Positions 1 to 14,151 of a stretch of 64,000 nt of DNA are shown in pieces; the stretch's first letter is position 1; every line of letters begins with the position of its first letter. The translations under genes were made by a program, and so were the position numbers. The notes beneath the pieces are model-generated. The model searched no databases, was not told the DNA's origin, and saw nothing but the letters and a program-made list of their open reading frames with translations. The stretch lies in the NCBI RefSeq assembly GCF_003334255.1, contig NZ_QOWU01000010.1; one strand, 5' to 3'. Source of the stretch: Escherichia coli. Lineage in GTDB: Bacteria > Pseudomonadota > Gammaproteobacteria > Enterobacterales > Enterobacteriaceae.

Positions 1-333
1 GAAGGTTTACAGGCGGCAAAACGTATTACCGAATGCCTGTTCAGCGGTTCTTTGAGTGCGCTGAGTGAAGCGGACTTCGAACAGCTGGCGCAGGACGGCG
101 TACCGATGGTTGAGATGGAAAAGGGCGCAGACCTGATGCAGGCACTGGTCGATTCTGAACTGCAACCTTCCCGTGGTCAGGCACGTAAAACTATCGCCTC
201 CAATGCCATCACCATTAACGGTGAAAAACAGTCCGATCCTGAATACTTCTTTAAAGAAGAAGATCGTCTGTTTGGTCGTTTTACCTTACTGCGTCGCGGT
301 AAAAAGAATTACTGTCTGATTTGCTGGAAATAA
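1..333 (+). CDS. tyrS: Tyrosyl-tRNA synthetase, 3' partial (5' end outside window)
   Basis: Frame 1 is open from base 1 to the stop at 331-333. The C-terminus ...[19 protein letters not shown] is recognised as E. coli TyrS, and pdxY follows as in K-12. Confidence 0.9.
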
Positions 334-391
334 TGCATTAAGTGGAAAGGGGGAGTGAGAAATCACTCCCCCTGGTTTTTATACAGGGAAC

Positions 392-1255
392 ATGATGAAA
401 AATATTCTCGCTATCCAGTCTCACGTTGTTTATGGTCATGCGGGTAACAGTGCGGCAGAGTTTCCGATGCGCCGCCTGGGCGCGAACGTCTGGCCGCTGA
501 ACACCGTTCAATTTTCTAATCACACCCAATACGGCAAATGGACTGGCTGCGTGATGCCGCCCAGCCATTTAACCGAAATTGTGCAAGGCATTGCCGCCAT
601 TGATAAATTACACACCTGTGATGCCGTATTAAGTGGCTATCTGGGATCGGCGGAGCAGGGTGAACATATCCTCGGTATCGTCCGTCAGGTGAAAGCCGCG
701 AATCCGCAGGCGAAATATTTTTGCGATCCGGTAATGGGTCATCCGGAAAAAGGCTGTATCGTTGCACCGGGTGTCGCAGAGTTTCATGTGCGGCACGGTT
801 TGCCTGCCAGCGATATCATTGCGCCAAATCTGGTTGAGCTGGAAATACTCTGTGAGCATGCGGTAAATAACGTCGAAGAAGCGGTTCTGGCAGCGCGCGA
901 ACTCATTGCGCAAGGGCCACAAATTGTGTTGGTTAAACACCTGGCGCGAGCTGGCTACAGCCGTGACCGTTTTGAAATGCTGCTGGTCACCGCCGATGAA
1001 GCCTGGCATATCAGCCGTCCGCTGGTGGATTTTGGTATGCGCCAGCCGGTAGGTGTTGGTGATGTGACGAGCGGTTTACTGCTGGTGAAACTGCTTCAGG
1101 GGGCAACGCTGCAGGAGGCGCTGGAACATGTGACCGCTGCAGTCTACGAAATCATGGTGACCACCAAAGCAATGCAGGAATATGAGCTGCAAGTGGTGGC
1201 TGCTCAGGATCGTATTGCCAAACCAGAACATTACTTCAGCGCAACAAAGCTCTGA
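392..1255 (+). CDS. pdxY: Pyridoxal kinase 2
   Basis: 287-aa ORF starting [30 protein letters not shown], recognised as K-12 PdxY with the same length. Synteny agrees. Confidence 0.95.
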   Translation: MMKNILAIQSHVVYGHAGNSAAEFPMRRLGANVWPLNTVQFSNHTQYGKWTGCVMPPSHLTEIVQGIAAIDKLHTCDAVLSGYLGSAEQGEHILGIVRQVKAANPQAKYFCDPVMGHPEKGCIVAPGVAEFHVRHGLPASDIIAPNLVELEILCEHAVNNVEEAVLAARELIAQGPQIVLVKHLARAGYSRDRFEMLLVTADEAWHISRPLVDFGMRQPVGVGDVTSGLLLVKLLQGATLQEALEHVTAAVYEIMVTTKAMQEYELQVVAAQDRIAKPEHYFSATKL

Positions 1256-1267
1256 AATATCTCATTT

Positions 1268-1291
1268 CGGCCCACAACGACCTGTGGGCCG
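1268..1291. terminator. Hairpin between convergent pdxY and gstA (bidirectional terminator candidate)
   Basis: CGGCCCACA (1268-1276) pairs with TGTGGGCCG (1283-1291), lying between two convergent stop codons. Confidence 0.6.
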
Positions 1292-1298
1292 ATGGCTA

Positions 1299-1904
1299 TT
1301 ACTTTAAGCCTTCCGCTGACAGCGCGTCTTGTACTTCCGGACGTTCAGCCATACGTTGCATAAATGCTGCAATGTGCTCTAACCCTTCCAGATTCAGTTT
1401 CACCGCGTATGCCCAGCGCAGAACCGTAAACAGATAGGCATCAGCAATTGTAAATCTTTGCCCGCAGATCCAGTGCTCATCCTTCAGTGCCTCGTTCACA
1501 TATTGCAGCTTCTTCTCCAGCTGCGCGCGAACTGTCGGTTTGTACTCTTCCGGTGTATCAGGGCGAAACAGAGGTGTGAAACCTTTATGCAGCTCGGTGG
1601 CGATGTAATTCAGCCATTCGATGGTTTTATAGCGGGAAATACTGTTTACCGGTGCCAGCAACTGGCGGTCGGGGACGCTGTCGGCAAGATACTGCATAAT
1701 CGCTACGCCTTCCGTCAGCAAAGTACCGTCATCCAGCAGCAATGCAGGCACCTGCCCCTTAGGGTTAACGGCAAAGTAATCGTCACCGTTTTCGAGACGT
1801 TTTTTCATTAAATCCACACTGACGAGGGTAAAATCCTTTCCGCTCTCACGCAGGGTGATATGGGAAGCGAGAGAGCAGGCACCCGGTTTGTAGAACAATT
1901 TCAT
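1299..1904 (-). CDS. gstA: Glutathione S-transferase
   Basis: 201-aa ORF starting [32 protein letters not shown], recognised as K-12 GstA. Confidence 0.95.
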
Positions 1905-1953
1905 CGGTAACTCCTTTTGTCTGTGGTTTAAAGTATGGTAGTGCGTTGCTGAA

Positions 1954-1987
1954 CAAAAAAAAAGCCGCTAACGAAAAGTTAGCGGCT
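1954..1987 (-). terminator. Rho-independent terminator downstream of dtpA
   Basis: AGCCGCTAAC (1963-1972) pairs with GTTAGCGGCT (1978-1987). The A-run at 1954-1963 reads as a T-run on the minus strand. Confidence 0.8.
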
Positions 1988-2009
1988 TGTAAAAGAGTTT
2001 CCCTGAATT

Positions 2010-3512
2010 TTACGCTACGGCTGCTTTCGCCGCTTTGTCTGCAGCGTCATCCTGCGTCATGCGGTGCAGTTTCGGCGCGGTCAGCAGCATCAGTACTGCA
2101 ATAACGGCAGTAGCGACACCAATCTGCAAGAATACGCGACCATAGACTTCCAGTGACATCAGCGGATCGGTAACGTTATCCGGCACAGCCATCATACCCG
2201 CAACATAACCACCAATCAGGTTTGCACCGGCAGTGGTCAGGAACCAGCTACCCATAATGAAGCCCATCAGACGCTGCGGAACGAGTTGAGCAACCATTGC
2301 CAGACCCAGACCAGAGATCATCAGTTCCCCGATGCTCTGCAGGCCATAGCTTGCGACCAGCCAGCTTACAGACACGATACCAGCGTCAGACGCGAATTTC
2401 GCACCCAGCGGCAGAATCAGGAACGCACCAGAACACATCACCATGCCGATTGCAAACTTGGTTGGCATCGGCAGGGTATCGCCCATCTTGTTATAGATAG
2501 CGGCCAGAATCGGACTACCGATGATGATCCAGAACGGGTTCAGTGCCTGATACTGCTCAGGTTCTACGGCCAGACCCAGAATGGAGTGCTCAACGTTACG
2601 AATCGCAAAGAAGTTCAGTGACGTTGGCATCTGGCTGTACAGCACGAAGAAGATAATGGCTTCGAGCATCAGGATGAAGGCAACGATCATTTTACGACGC
2701 GCAGCACCTTTCATCGCGAAGGCTTCTTTACCGAAGATAACCACGATACCGAAGGCAACAACGCCCAGCGCCATACGCGCAACTTCCTGATTGTGCAGCA
2801 GCCAGGTGGCGATAGCGATCAGTGCCACAACACCAATAATGGTCAGCAGCAGGTTACGGTAGTTGATAGGCTCGAAGTCTGGTTTTGAACCGTACTGTTT
2901 AACCCAGCGTTGGCAGAAGGCGAAGTTAACGATAGTGATCAGCAGGCCTACAACGCTCAACGCAAACGCAACACTCCAGCCGTATTTCGCGGCCAGCCAC
3001 GGCGTAGCAATCATAGAGAAGAAAGAGCCGATGTTGACGGACATGTAGTACATGGTGAATGCACCGTCCAGACGCGGGTCGTTTTTCTCATAGCATGTAG
3101 AAAGCAGAGAAGACGGGTTAGCTTTAAACAGGCCGTTACCGACCGCAATAGCCGCCATACCCATATAAACGATACCGGCGTCGTGACCAGACCAGGCAAC
3201 CAGAGCATAACCAATCGCCAGCACAATAGCGCCGAGCATAATTACGCGTTTAGTACCCAGTACCTTGTCACCTAACCAGCCGCCGATAGCGACCAGACCA
3301 TAAACCAGGGCACTAAAGGAAGAGAAAAGGGTGATTGAATCCGCTTCAGACATACCCAGTTGTTTAACCAGGTAAACAGCCATAATTCCTTGTAGGCCGT
3401 AATAACCAAAACGTTCCCATAACTCAATCGAGAAGATGAGATAGAACGCCTTCGGTTGTTTGAAAGCGTTCAAACTGACGCTTTCAGTTGGTTTTTGGTT
3501 TGCAGTGGACAC
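2010..3512 (-). CDS. dtpA: Proton-dependent di/tripeptide permease (POT family)
   Basis: 500-aa polytopic ORF starting [39 protein letters not shown] (POT signature), recognised as K-12 DtpA (TppB/YdgR). Confidence 0.95.
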   Translation of the reverse strand: MSTANQKPTESVSLNAFKQPKAFYLIFSIELWERFGYYGLQGIMAVYLVKQLGMSEADSITLFSSFSALVYGLVAIGGWLGDKVLGTKRVIMLGAIVLAIGYALVAWSGHDAGIVYMGMAAIAVGNGLFKANPSSLLSTCYEKNDPRLDGAFTMYYMSVNIGSFFSMIATPWLAAKYGWSVAFALSVVGLLITIVNFAFCQRWVKQYGSKPDFEPINYRNLLLTIIGVVALIAIATWLLHNQEVARMALGVVAFGIVVIFGKEAFAMKGAARRKMIVAFILMLEAIIFFVLYSQMPTSLNFFAIRNVEHSILGLAVEPEQYQALNPFWIIIGSPILAAIYNKMGDTLPMPTKFAIGMVMCSGAFLILPLGAKFASDAGIVSVSWLVASYGLQSIGELMISGLGLAMVAQLVPQRLMGFIMGSWFLTTAGANLIGGYVAGMMAVPDNVTDPLMSLEVYGRVFLQIGVATAVIAVLMLLTAPKLHRMTQDDAADKAAKAAVA

Positions 3513-4122
3513 TTTTACCTCTTTTTTTACATCCCATATTAACGGGGGTGCTTTCTCGCGTTATGTATAAAAAACATACGCGCAATTGTTATAGTGGGAG
3601 GGGAAACGGCAGGTAATGTTCACTATCTTGCACTTTCAGACAAGTCCTTTGTAATAATCTGTTACATATAACTGAGGCGGGGAATTCAACCATTCCGGGA
3701 AATGTTATCCAGCGTTAAATTTTTCAAAAAACGTAACGGCAGATTTTTTCACTGCACTGAGAGGGGGGTGATGGCTTAACGGCGATATGTTCTGCTATTT
3801 AGCGTTTTTACTAGTGAGATAGTCCAGTTTCTGAAAAATAGCCAGTGTAATGTTTTGTAGGTCAATATTTGTTGCGTGTGTAAATTTAAATGATTTTAAC
3901 CTGATTCTTGCAATGTTTTTACATTGCGACAGCATCGTGATCTTGATCACGAATGAATAGAAAATTTCGCTATTAAAAAAACAATTAACCTGCATTTTTG
4001 GTTATCCGCAAACGGATTACCTGATGATAACGCTAAGCAATGGCATCATTGACGTTAAAAAGATGTTTTAAAAGAGGATAAAGAAAGGTTATCAATGGGG
4101 TAATCGGTGTTACCCCTTTTCT

Positions 4123-4758
4123 TCAGATGTCAACTTTCTCTTTGTATTCACAAAGATCTTCAATAATACAAGAGCCACAGCGGGGCTTGCGGGCAATGCA
4201 GGTATAACGCCCGTGCAGGATCAACCAATGGTGGCAGTCGACTTTAAACTCTGCTGGAACCACTTTCAGTAGCTTTTCTTCTACCTGTTCGACGTTTTTC
4301 CCCGGCGCAAATTGAGTACGATTACAAACGCGGAAAATGTGCGTGTCGACAGCAATAGTCGGCCAGCCGAATGCAGTGTTTAATACGACGTTGGCTGTTT
4401 TACGACCTACGCCGGGCAGGGCTTCAAGCGCAGCACGATCTTCCGGAACCTCGCCATTATGCTGCTCCAGCAAGATACGGCAGGTTTTGATGATATTTTC
4501 TGCTTTGCTGTTATAAAGCCCAATCGTTTTGATATAGGTTTTCACCCCTTCAACGCCCAGTTCAAGCATCGCTGCAGGCGTATTCGCCACCGGGTAGAGT
4601 TTCGCCGTCGCCTTATTAACACTGACATCGGTCGCCTGAGCGGAAAGCAGTACGGCAATCAGCAATTCAAAAGGCGAACTGAAATTAAGCTCGGTGGTGG
4701 GATGAGGATTGTTCTCACGCAGGCGAGTGAGGATCTCCAGGCGTTTTGCTTTATTCAT
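4123..4758 (-). CDS. nth: Endonuclease III (DNA glycosylase/AP lyase)
   Basis: 211-aa ORF with an HhH-GPD region (LPGVGRKTANVVL) and a C-terminal Cys cluster (CIARKPRCGSCIIEDLC). It is the last gene of the rsx-nth operon. Confidence 0.95.
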   Translation of the reverse strand: MNKAKRLEILTRLRENNPHPTTELNFSSPFELLIAVLLSAQATDVSVNKATAKLYPVANTPAAMLELGVEGVKTYIKTIGLYNSKAENIIKTCRILLEQHNGEVPEDRAALEALPGVGRKTANVVLNTAFGWPTIAVDTHIFRVCNRTQFAPGKNVEQVEEKLLKVVPAEFKVDCHHWLILHGRYTCIARKPRCGSCIIEDLCEYKEKVDI

Positions 4759-5453
4759 CAGACATTCCCTGTTTCACCGTTTGGCAATGCACGTTCTGCA
4801 GCTGCTTCAGCACGGCGCTTTTTCATTCTTTCATCAATCAGGTATTTTCCTGCCAGCATCAGTCCCAGGCCAATAAATGCACCTGGTGGCAGCATCGCCA
4901 GCAGGAAAGGGGAGTCGGTGTGGAAAATCTCCACGCGTAATACTTTTGCCCAGCTACCTAACAGCGCATCTGCACCGTCAAACAATGTGCCATTGCCGAT
5001 AATTTCGCGTAGTGAACCCAGCACGAACATGGCGCAGGTTGCGCCCATACCAATTGAAAAGCCGTCCAGTGCCGAAAGCGCCGGACCTTTTTTGGCGGCG
5101 AAGGCTTCAGCGCGGCCCACAACGATACAGTTAGTGACAATCAGCGGAATAAAAATCCCTAATGATTGATACAGGCCAAAGGCGTAGGCGTTGATCAGCA
5201 TCTGTACAGCGCTGACCACCGAGGCGATGATCATCACGTAAATGGGAATGCGGATCTCGGCTGGCGTCCAGTGACGCAGCGTCGAAATGGTCAGGTTGGT
5301 CAGCGTCAGTACCAGCGTAGTCGCAAGTCCTAAACCCAGAGCGTTAGTGGCAGTGGACGTGACCGCCAACAGAGGACAAAGGCCGAGCAACTGGACCAGC
5401 GCAGAGTTGTTTTTCCACAACCCCTGAACAATAACGTCTTTAATTTCGCTCAC
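4758..5453 (-). CDS. rsxE: SoxR-reducing complex / Rnf-type subunit E
   Basis: 231-aa membrane ORF recognised as K-12 RsxE. Its stop abuts the nth start. Confidence 0.93.
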   Translation of the reverse strand: MSEIKDVIVQGLWKNNSALVQLLGLCPLLAVTSTATNALGLGLATTLVLTLTNLTISTLRHWTPAEIRIPIYVMIIASVVSAVQMLINAYAFGLYQSLGIFIPLIVTNCIVVGRAEAFAAKKGPALSALDGFSIGMGATCAMFVLGSLREIIGNGTLFDGADALLGSWAKVLRVEIFHTDSPFLLAMLPPGAFIGLGLMLAGKYLIDERMKKRRAEAAAERALPNGETGNV

Positions 5454-5456
5454 GCT

Positions 5457-6077
5457 TTATTCTCCACAGGCAGGAAGTTGAGAAAGTTGTGCCGGTAACG
5501 TCTGAGCGTACAATCCGGCGCGTTTTACCGCATTAACCACCGCGCGGGGAGTAATCGTCGCGCCGGTGAACTGGTCGAAATCACCACCATCTTTCTTCAC
5601 CGCCCAGTGCGCATCATCTGCACCACTGATTTTTTTACCCGCAAAATGGGTGATCCAGTCAGAAAGGCGCAGTTCGATTTTATCGCCAAGCCCTGGCGTT
5701 TCGTGGTGCTCTGTCACGCGCGTGCCAAGTACCGTGCCGTTAAAATCGGCTCCCACCAGCAGCTGAATCGCACCGGAATAGCCATCTGGCGCGGTTGCTT
5801 CCAGAACGGCGGCTACCGGTTTGTCATCCTGTTTGGCGATGTAAACCCGATGCTCACCTTTACCTAACTCTGGCGCAGTTACCAGATAGCAACTCTGTGC
5901 CAGCGCATTGTTATAGCGTTCGGCTGGCAGCACCTGATCAAATAACGCCTTTTGTTGCAGACTGGCCTGTTCAGCAATCGTCGTTTTGGTCATCTGGTTG
6001 ATGGCCGCAGTTAACCCTGTTGAACCCGCTGCAAATAGCGCCAACGTAATGCCGTGTTTTCGGATAGTTTTCAGCAT
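5457..6077 (-). CDS. rsxG: Rnf-type complex subunit G (FMN-binding)
   Basis: 206-aa ORF starting [22 protein letters not shown], recognised as K-12 RsxG. Operon position agrees. Confidence 0.93.
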   Translation of the reverse strand: MLKTIRKHGITLALFAAGSTGLTAAINQMTKTTIAEQASLQQKALFDQVLPAERYNNALAQSCYLVTAPELGKGEHRVYIAKQDDKPVAAVLEATAPDGYSGAIQLLVGADFNGTVLGTRVTEHHETPGLGDKIELRLSDWITHFAGKKISGADDAHWAVKKDGGDFDQFTGATITPRAVVNAVKRAGLYAQTLPAQLSQLPACGE

Positions 6078-6080
6078 GGT

Positions 6081-7139
6081 TTACCCTTTGCGATGGCCGT
6101 AGACGCGCGGACGCGTGTAGTAATCGATCAGAGGAACCGTGATGTTCGCCAGCAGGACGGCAAAAGCCACGCCGTCAGGATAGCCGCCGAAACTGCGGAT
6201 CAACCAGACTAATAAGCCCGCAAGCGCGCCGAAAATAAGACGACCACGATTGGTCGTAGAAGCGGTAACCGGGTCAGTCAAAATAAAGAATGCGCCGAGC
6301 ATGGTCGCTCCAGACAGCAGATGAATTTGCGGTGCTGCCAGTGTTTCTGGTGAGAACAACCAGCCCAACATTGCGCATAACGCCAGCGTTACTAAGAAGC
6401 TGAGGGGAATATGCCAGCGAATCGCTTTCTGCCATAGCAACCATACGCCGCCAGCCAGCCAGGCGAGATTTACCCATTGCCAACCAGCGCCCGCCAGAAT
6501 ACCGCTGTAGATCGGATATTGCATAATCTGTTCAACCGAATGACCGGCACGGACAGAGGTTTTAAATGTATCCAGCGGTGTCGCCTGACTAATGCCATCA
6601 ATACCTAAGCGTAGTGTGTTCATATCACCACCACTGGCGGTATGACCGCTAAAAATAACCTGGATGGCGTCGATAAAACCAGGGATGTTGACCGCAATTT
6701 CATGTGGCGGTAACCAGCTGGTCATCTGCACGGGGAAGGAGATCAGTAAGACCACATAACCAATCATTGCCGGATTAAACGGGTTTTGTCCCAGACCGCC
6801 ATACAACTGTTTAGCGATGATCACCGCAAACACCGTACCCAGCACGACCATCCACCATGGCGCGAGGGGGGGAATACTTACCGCCAGCAATAAGCCTGTC
6901 AGCAATGCTGAGTTATCTTTCAACGTTGCGGCTACCGACTGCTTGCGTAGTTTGAGTACGAGAGCTTCGGCTAACAGAGCACTAACCGATGCCAACAGGA
7001 TCTGAACGAGAGTACCCCAACCAAAAAACCACAGTTGCGCTGCGATTCCTGGCACGGCTGCGAGCAACACCAACAGCATAATGCGCGATGTCTGGCGCTG
7101 GTTATGGGTATAAGGGGAGCTAGCTATTCTGAATACCAT
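6081..7139 (-). CDS. rsxD: Rnf-type complex subunit D
   Basis: 352-aa polytopic ORF starting [21 protein letters not shown], recognised as K-12 RsxD. Confidence 0.93.
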   Translation of the reverse strand: MVFRIASSPYTHNQRQTSRIMLLVLLAAVPGIAAQLWFFGWGTLVQILLASVSALLAEALVLKLRKQSVAATLKDNSALLTGLLLAVSIPPLAPWWMVVLGTVFAVIIAKQLYGGLGQNPFNPAMIGYVVLLISFPVQMTSWLPPHEIAVNIPGFIDAIQVIFSGHTASGGDMNTLRLGIDGISQATPLDTFKTSVRAGHSVEQIMQYPIYSGILAGAGWQWVNLAWLAGGVWLLWQKAIRWHIPLSFLVTLALCAMLGWLFSPETLAAPQIHLLSGATMLGAFFILTDPVTASTTNRGRLIFGALAGLLVWLIRSFGGYPDGVAFAVLLANITVPLIDYYTRPRVYGHRKG

Positions 7140-9932
<2,793 letters not shown>

Positions 9933-9933
<1 letters not shown>

Positions 9934-10514
9934 TACAACTTCACCAAACCACTAAAGCCCATAAAGGCCAGAGACATAAGACCTGCGGTAATTAACGCAA
10001 TGGCATTACCGCGAAAAGGTGCCGGGACATCAGCCACAGCAAGGCGTTCGCGGATGGCGGCGAAGAGCACCATCACCAGCGAGAAACCGACAGCGGCGGA
10101 AAAACCGTACAGCGCCGACTGCAAGAAATTGTGCCCGAGATTGATATTCAGCAACGCCACGCCGAGCACTGCACAGTTGGTGGTGATAAGCGGCAAAAAA
10201 ATCCCCAGCAGACGGTAAAGCACCGGGCTGGTTTTGCGCACCACCATCTCGGTGAACTGCACGACCACAGCAATCACCAGAATAAATGCCAGGGTGCGCA
10301 GGTAAATCAGATTAAGTGGGATCAAAATCCACGTATCGATAAGCCAGGCGCAAATAGACGCCAGCGTCATCACAAACGTTGTTGCCAGCCCCATGCCCAT
10401 CGCGGTTTCCAGTTTTTTGGAAACCCCCATAAACGGACAGAGACCGAGAAACTTGACCAGTACAAAGTTATTGACCAGTACAGTTCCGACAAACAGTAAC
10501 AGGTAGTCAGTCAT
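9933..10514 (-). CDS. rsxA: Rnf-type complex subunit A
   Basis: 193-aa membrane ORF starting [30 protein letters not shown], recognised as K-12 RsxA. Confidence 0.93.
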
Positions 10515-10590
10515 TTTTCGGCCTGAAATAAAAAAGCCGCCTATTATCCGTTAATCCAGAGCAGGCGACAACAGGTTAACTGTAAGGTTA

Positions 10591-11031
10591 TTACGGATTC
10601 ACAAACGTCGCTTTTACCCGCGACGAGCGTTTGAAATAGGGGACGATCAATGCGGTTGCCAACAAAGTAAACAGCAACTGGCGAACGGCTATGCCATCTT
10701 CCACGGGTGAAAAAGCGAATGCTTTTACTGCCAGCAATACGGAAATAAGCAGCCAGATAATATAGTGTTTAGGAACACAACGCCGACGTTTAAAGAAAGC
10801 GATGGTCAACCACAGTGTGTAATACCACAAGGCGATAGCGGTAATAAAAGAAACGCCCCATAAGATTTGTGTCGTCAGTGCTTGTCCGCCGAGCGTTTGA
10901 AATGTTTGCGGAGAAGATAACGCAGCGGTATACAGCAACAACGCCAGCGTCGTACTCAACAGAGCGACTAAAAGCCAGGCCAACGGGCCAAGCAACCAGC
11001 CTCCAATACGTTGTGGCGTTGTGGTGGTCAT
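10591..11031 (-). CDS. ydgK: Inner-membrane protein YdgK
   Basis: The ORF-track entry is 154 aa. I trimmed the start to MTTTTPQRIGGWLLGP (146 aa), as I recall for K-12 YdgK. Confidence 0.8.
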   Translation of the reverse strand: MTTTTPQRIGGWLLGPLAWLLVALLSTTLALLLYTAALSSPQTFQTLGGQALTTQILWGVSFITAIALWYYTLWLTIAFFKRRRCVPKHYIIWLLISVLLAVKAFAFSPVEDGIAVRQLLFTLLATALIVPYFKRSSRVKATFVNP

Positions 11032-11116
11032 AGGTTCTCCAGAATAGCGACGCAAACAGGCAAATCTAATTTTAGGGGCGTTATTATAAGGCTTTTATAA
11101 CCGATCGCTACTTTCT

Positions 11117-11332
11117 TTATTGGACATAGTGCCAGACGGACTTCGGTACCTGGCCGAGGTCAAACAAACGCCCGCCAGAAACCAGCTCTGCGCGACGGTG
11201 ATCGGCAGCACGATACATATTGATCAGTTCCTGATCGTCCGTCAGGGTGTAATTAAGATGGTCGTAGAGTTTTTCCAGACTTTCGAGTGAACTGATTTTG
11301 CGAAATTTTAATAAGTAGTCCTGAACAGTCAT
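11117..11332 (-). CDS. cnu: OriC-binding nucleoid-associated protein (Hha paralogue)
   Basis: 71-aa ORF starting [28 protein letters not shown], recognised as K-12 Cnu/YdgT. Confidence 0.92.
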
Positions 11333-11604
11333 AAAAGGTCCATAAAATAATTAATACCAAAGGGGTAGGTATTATTAGTGATGATAAAATTTCACCAAAA
11401 GTGAACGCTTGTGTTATTACAATAATAAGAATGCACTGATGGCAAATATTCAGGGATGAAAAACTGCTCTGAAAAGAGTAACGCGCTTTACTATCCCTGA
11501 CAATCACCAACAACATCGAACAAGATAATAAATTCCTGGTTTAATATCCGACAAGTGAAAACATGCACCCGGACGGGCAGCATGTCGCTCCACAAGTGCA
11601 GAGC

Positions 11605-11730
11605 TTACTTGTGTTGTACCGAAGCACTCTGTTCAGGTGGCTGATAGTTGTCAATGTGACTCGCCACGCCAAGAAGAATGACTGAAACGACAAGAACGAT
11701 CCAACCTGTTAATTCAATAAGACGATTCAT
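11605..11730 (-). CDS. blr: Small membrane protein Blr (41 aa)
   Basis: The internal start MNRLIELTGWIVLVVSVILLGVASHIDNYQPPEQSASVQHK within the 66-aa track ORF matches my memory of K-12 Blr. Confidence 0.7.
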   Translation of the reverse strand: MNRLIELTGWIVLVVSVILLGVASHIDNYQPPEQSASVQHK

Positions 11731-11972
11731 TACAGCCCACATCTCTCTTGATTGATCCATTAACTTCAGGGGGTAAATGTTACTTAGCAATAATAGCTCC
11801 AGCAAGATTTTTACTGAGGTTTTTGCGATATTTAGCTTTTGTCGTTGGAAAATTCGCTATTTTTTTGACTTAAGTTAAACAACATCCCTTATTGCTGGCA
11901 GGTTATTAAACTGTTGAGCGTGGGTAAAGGATAGTGTCAAATAGCCATCATACTTCAATGAGAGGCAATGAC

Positions 11973-13013
11973 ATGAGCGACAACATCCGTGTTGGGTTGA
12001 TTGGGTATGGTTATGCGAGCAAAACCTTCCATGCGCCCCTGATTGCGGGCACGCCCGGGCTGGAACTGGCGGTAATCTCCAGCAGTGATGAAACAAAAGT
12101 AAAAGCCGACTGGCCAACGGTTACGGTTGTCTCTGAGCCGAAGCATCTGTTTAACGATCCCAACATAGACCTGATTGTCATTCCTACACCCAACGATACC
12201 CATTTCCCGTTAGCCAAAGCGGCGCTTGAGGCGGGTAAACATGTGGTCGTTGATAAACCCTTTACCGTGACACTGTCACAAGCGCGAGAGCTGGATGCGC
12301 TGGCAAAAAGCCTGGGGCGTGTGCTGTCTGTATTCCATAACCGTCGCTGGGATAGCGATTTCTTGACGCTAAAAGGTTTACTCGCGGAAGGCGTGCTGGG
12401 TGAAGTTGCTTACTTTGAGTCTCATTTTGACCGCTTCCGTCCGCAGGTGCGCGATCGTTGGCGTGAACAGGGCGGCCCAGGCAGCGGTATCTGGTACGAT
12501 TTAGCACCACATCTTCTTGATCAGGCCATTACGCTTTTTGGTTTACCGGTCAGCATGACGGTAGATTTGGCACAGTTACGGCCCGGAGCGCAGTCGACCG
12601 ATTATTTCCACGCCATCTTGTCCTATCCACAGCGGCGAGTCATTTTACACGGTACCATGCTGGCAGCCGCTGAGTCAGCACGGTATATCGTGCATGGATC
12701 CCTAGGCAGTTATGTGAAATATGGCCTCGATCCACAGGAAGAACGTCTGAAAAATGGCGAGCGTCTACCGCAGGAAGACTGGGGCTACGATATGCGTGAT
12801 GGCGTACTTACCCGCGTGGAAGGTGAGGAACGTGTCGAAGAAACGCTGTTGACGGTGCCTGGGAATTATCCGGCTTACTATGCGGCTATTCGTGATGCGT
12901 TAAATGGCGATGGTGAAAATCCGGTTCCGGCAAGCCAGGCAATCCAGGTAATGGAGTTGATTGAGCTGGGCATCGAATCCGCCAAACATCGCGCGACTTT
13001 GTGCCTTGCATGA
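11973..13013 (+). CDS. ydgJ: Gfo/Idh/MocA-family oxidoreductase
   Basis: Start trimmed to MSDNIRVGLIGYGYASKTFHAPLI (346 aa). An N-terminal Rossmann motif is present, and the protein is recognised as K-12 YdgJ. Confidence 0.88.
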   Translation: MSDNIRVGLIGYGYASKTFHAPLIAGTPGLELAVISSSDETKVKADWPTVTVVSEPKHLFNDPNIDLIVIPTPNDTHFPLAKAALEAGKHVVVDKPFTVTLSQARELDALAKSLGRVLSVFHNRRWDSDFLTLKGLLAEGVLGEVAYFESHFDRFRPQVRDRWREQGGPGSGIWYDLAPHLLDQAITLFGLPVSMTVDLAQLRPGAQSTDYFHAILSYPQRRVILHGTMLAAAESARYIVHGSLGSYVKYGLDPQEERLKNGERLPQEDWGYDMRDGVLTRVEGEERVEETLLTVPGNYPAYYAAIRDALNGDGENPVPASQAIQVMELIELGIESAKHRATLCLA

Positions 13014-13046
13014 AAAATGGATGGTGCATTTGCACCATCCATTTTG

Positions 13047-14048
13047 TTACTTCGCGGCGACTTTTTCTCGCAGTGCGCGTTTTTCCTCAGCGCTGAGGAA
13101 AGCCATTTCCAGACCATTAATCTGTGCCTGGCGGATTTGCTCGCGGGATAACCCAGCAGCTGGCGCGGCAACGGTATATTCGTGAATGATATCCACTCCC
13201 TGTACGCCGGGATCGTCAGTGTTAATGCTGGCACGAATGCCATGCTCAAGGAACGTTTTCAGCGGATGTGCAGCCAGCTCTGCTACGGTGCTGGTCTGAA
13301 TATTGGAGGTCAGACAGGATTCAATACCAATTTGTTGCTCGGCGAGAAAATCCATCAGCGCCCGATCTTCAATGGCTTTTACGCCATGTCCAATACGCTC
13401 CGCACCCAGTTCACGAATCGCCTGCCAGATGCTTTCCGGCCCGGCAGCTTCGCCTGCATGGACGGTAATATGCCAGCCCGCATCACGCGCGCGGTTGAAG
13501 TGAGAAAGGAACAGACTTCCCGGGAAACCAAGTTCATCACCGGCTAAATCAAGTGCGGTAATCTGGTCACGGTGGGCTAAAAAGGCCTCCAGCTCTTGCT
13601 GACAGGCGGCTTCGCCGAAGGTCCGGCTCATAATGCCGATAAGCTTCGCCTGCACACCAAAGGTGCGGCAACCTTCACGTACGCCATCGATCACCGCTTC
13701 GACAACACCCGCTACAGGCAGCTGATGTGCCATTGCCATGTAGCCTGGTGAAAAACGCAGCTCGACATAGTGCAGGCCGTGACGGGCTGCATCTTCAATG
13801 TTTTCAAATGCCACGCGGCGACAGGCATCAAGAGAGGCGAGAACTTTAACGCCCCAGTCAAGTTTGGTCAGAAAGCTCACCAGATCGGGTTCGTTGGCAA
13901 TGACCTGAACGTGGGGAATCAGTGTTTCCAGGGATTGTGCAGGAAGCGAGATATTATACTGGCGGCCAAGTTCAAGAATGGTCTGGGGACGAATGTTGCC
14001 ATCAAGGTGGCGATGGATATCAGTTAATGGCAGGGTGGTATCAATCAT
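13047..14048 (-). CDS. add: Adenosine deaminase
   Basis: 333-aa ORF starting [28 protein letters not shown] (metal-binding HxH motif), recognised as K-12 Add. Confidence 0.95.
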
Positions 14049-14151
14049 GGTCGCACTCTTTTTCTGGATATAAAAGTGCGCACCATTATAAAAACAAAGC
14101 AGGGTAAAAATCCACGATTGCGCAACGATTTTTTACGTTGCGCAATTGGGG

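Noticed and set aside
3795-3995. A 66-aa minus-strand ORF in the dtpA-nth intergenic region
   Set aside because: The sequence is AT-rich, there is no SD, and the protein is unrecognisable. This about 600-bp spacer is the dtpA regulatory region in K-12.
12691-12710. Adjacent BamHI and AvrII sites (GGATCCCTAGG) inside ydgJ that looked like a possible cloning scar
   Set aside because: The reading frame is intact, encoding HGSLGSYVKYG in a conserved-looking context, and there is no flanking vector-like sequence. It is most likely natural sequence, though I cannot check without a reference.
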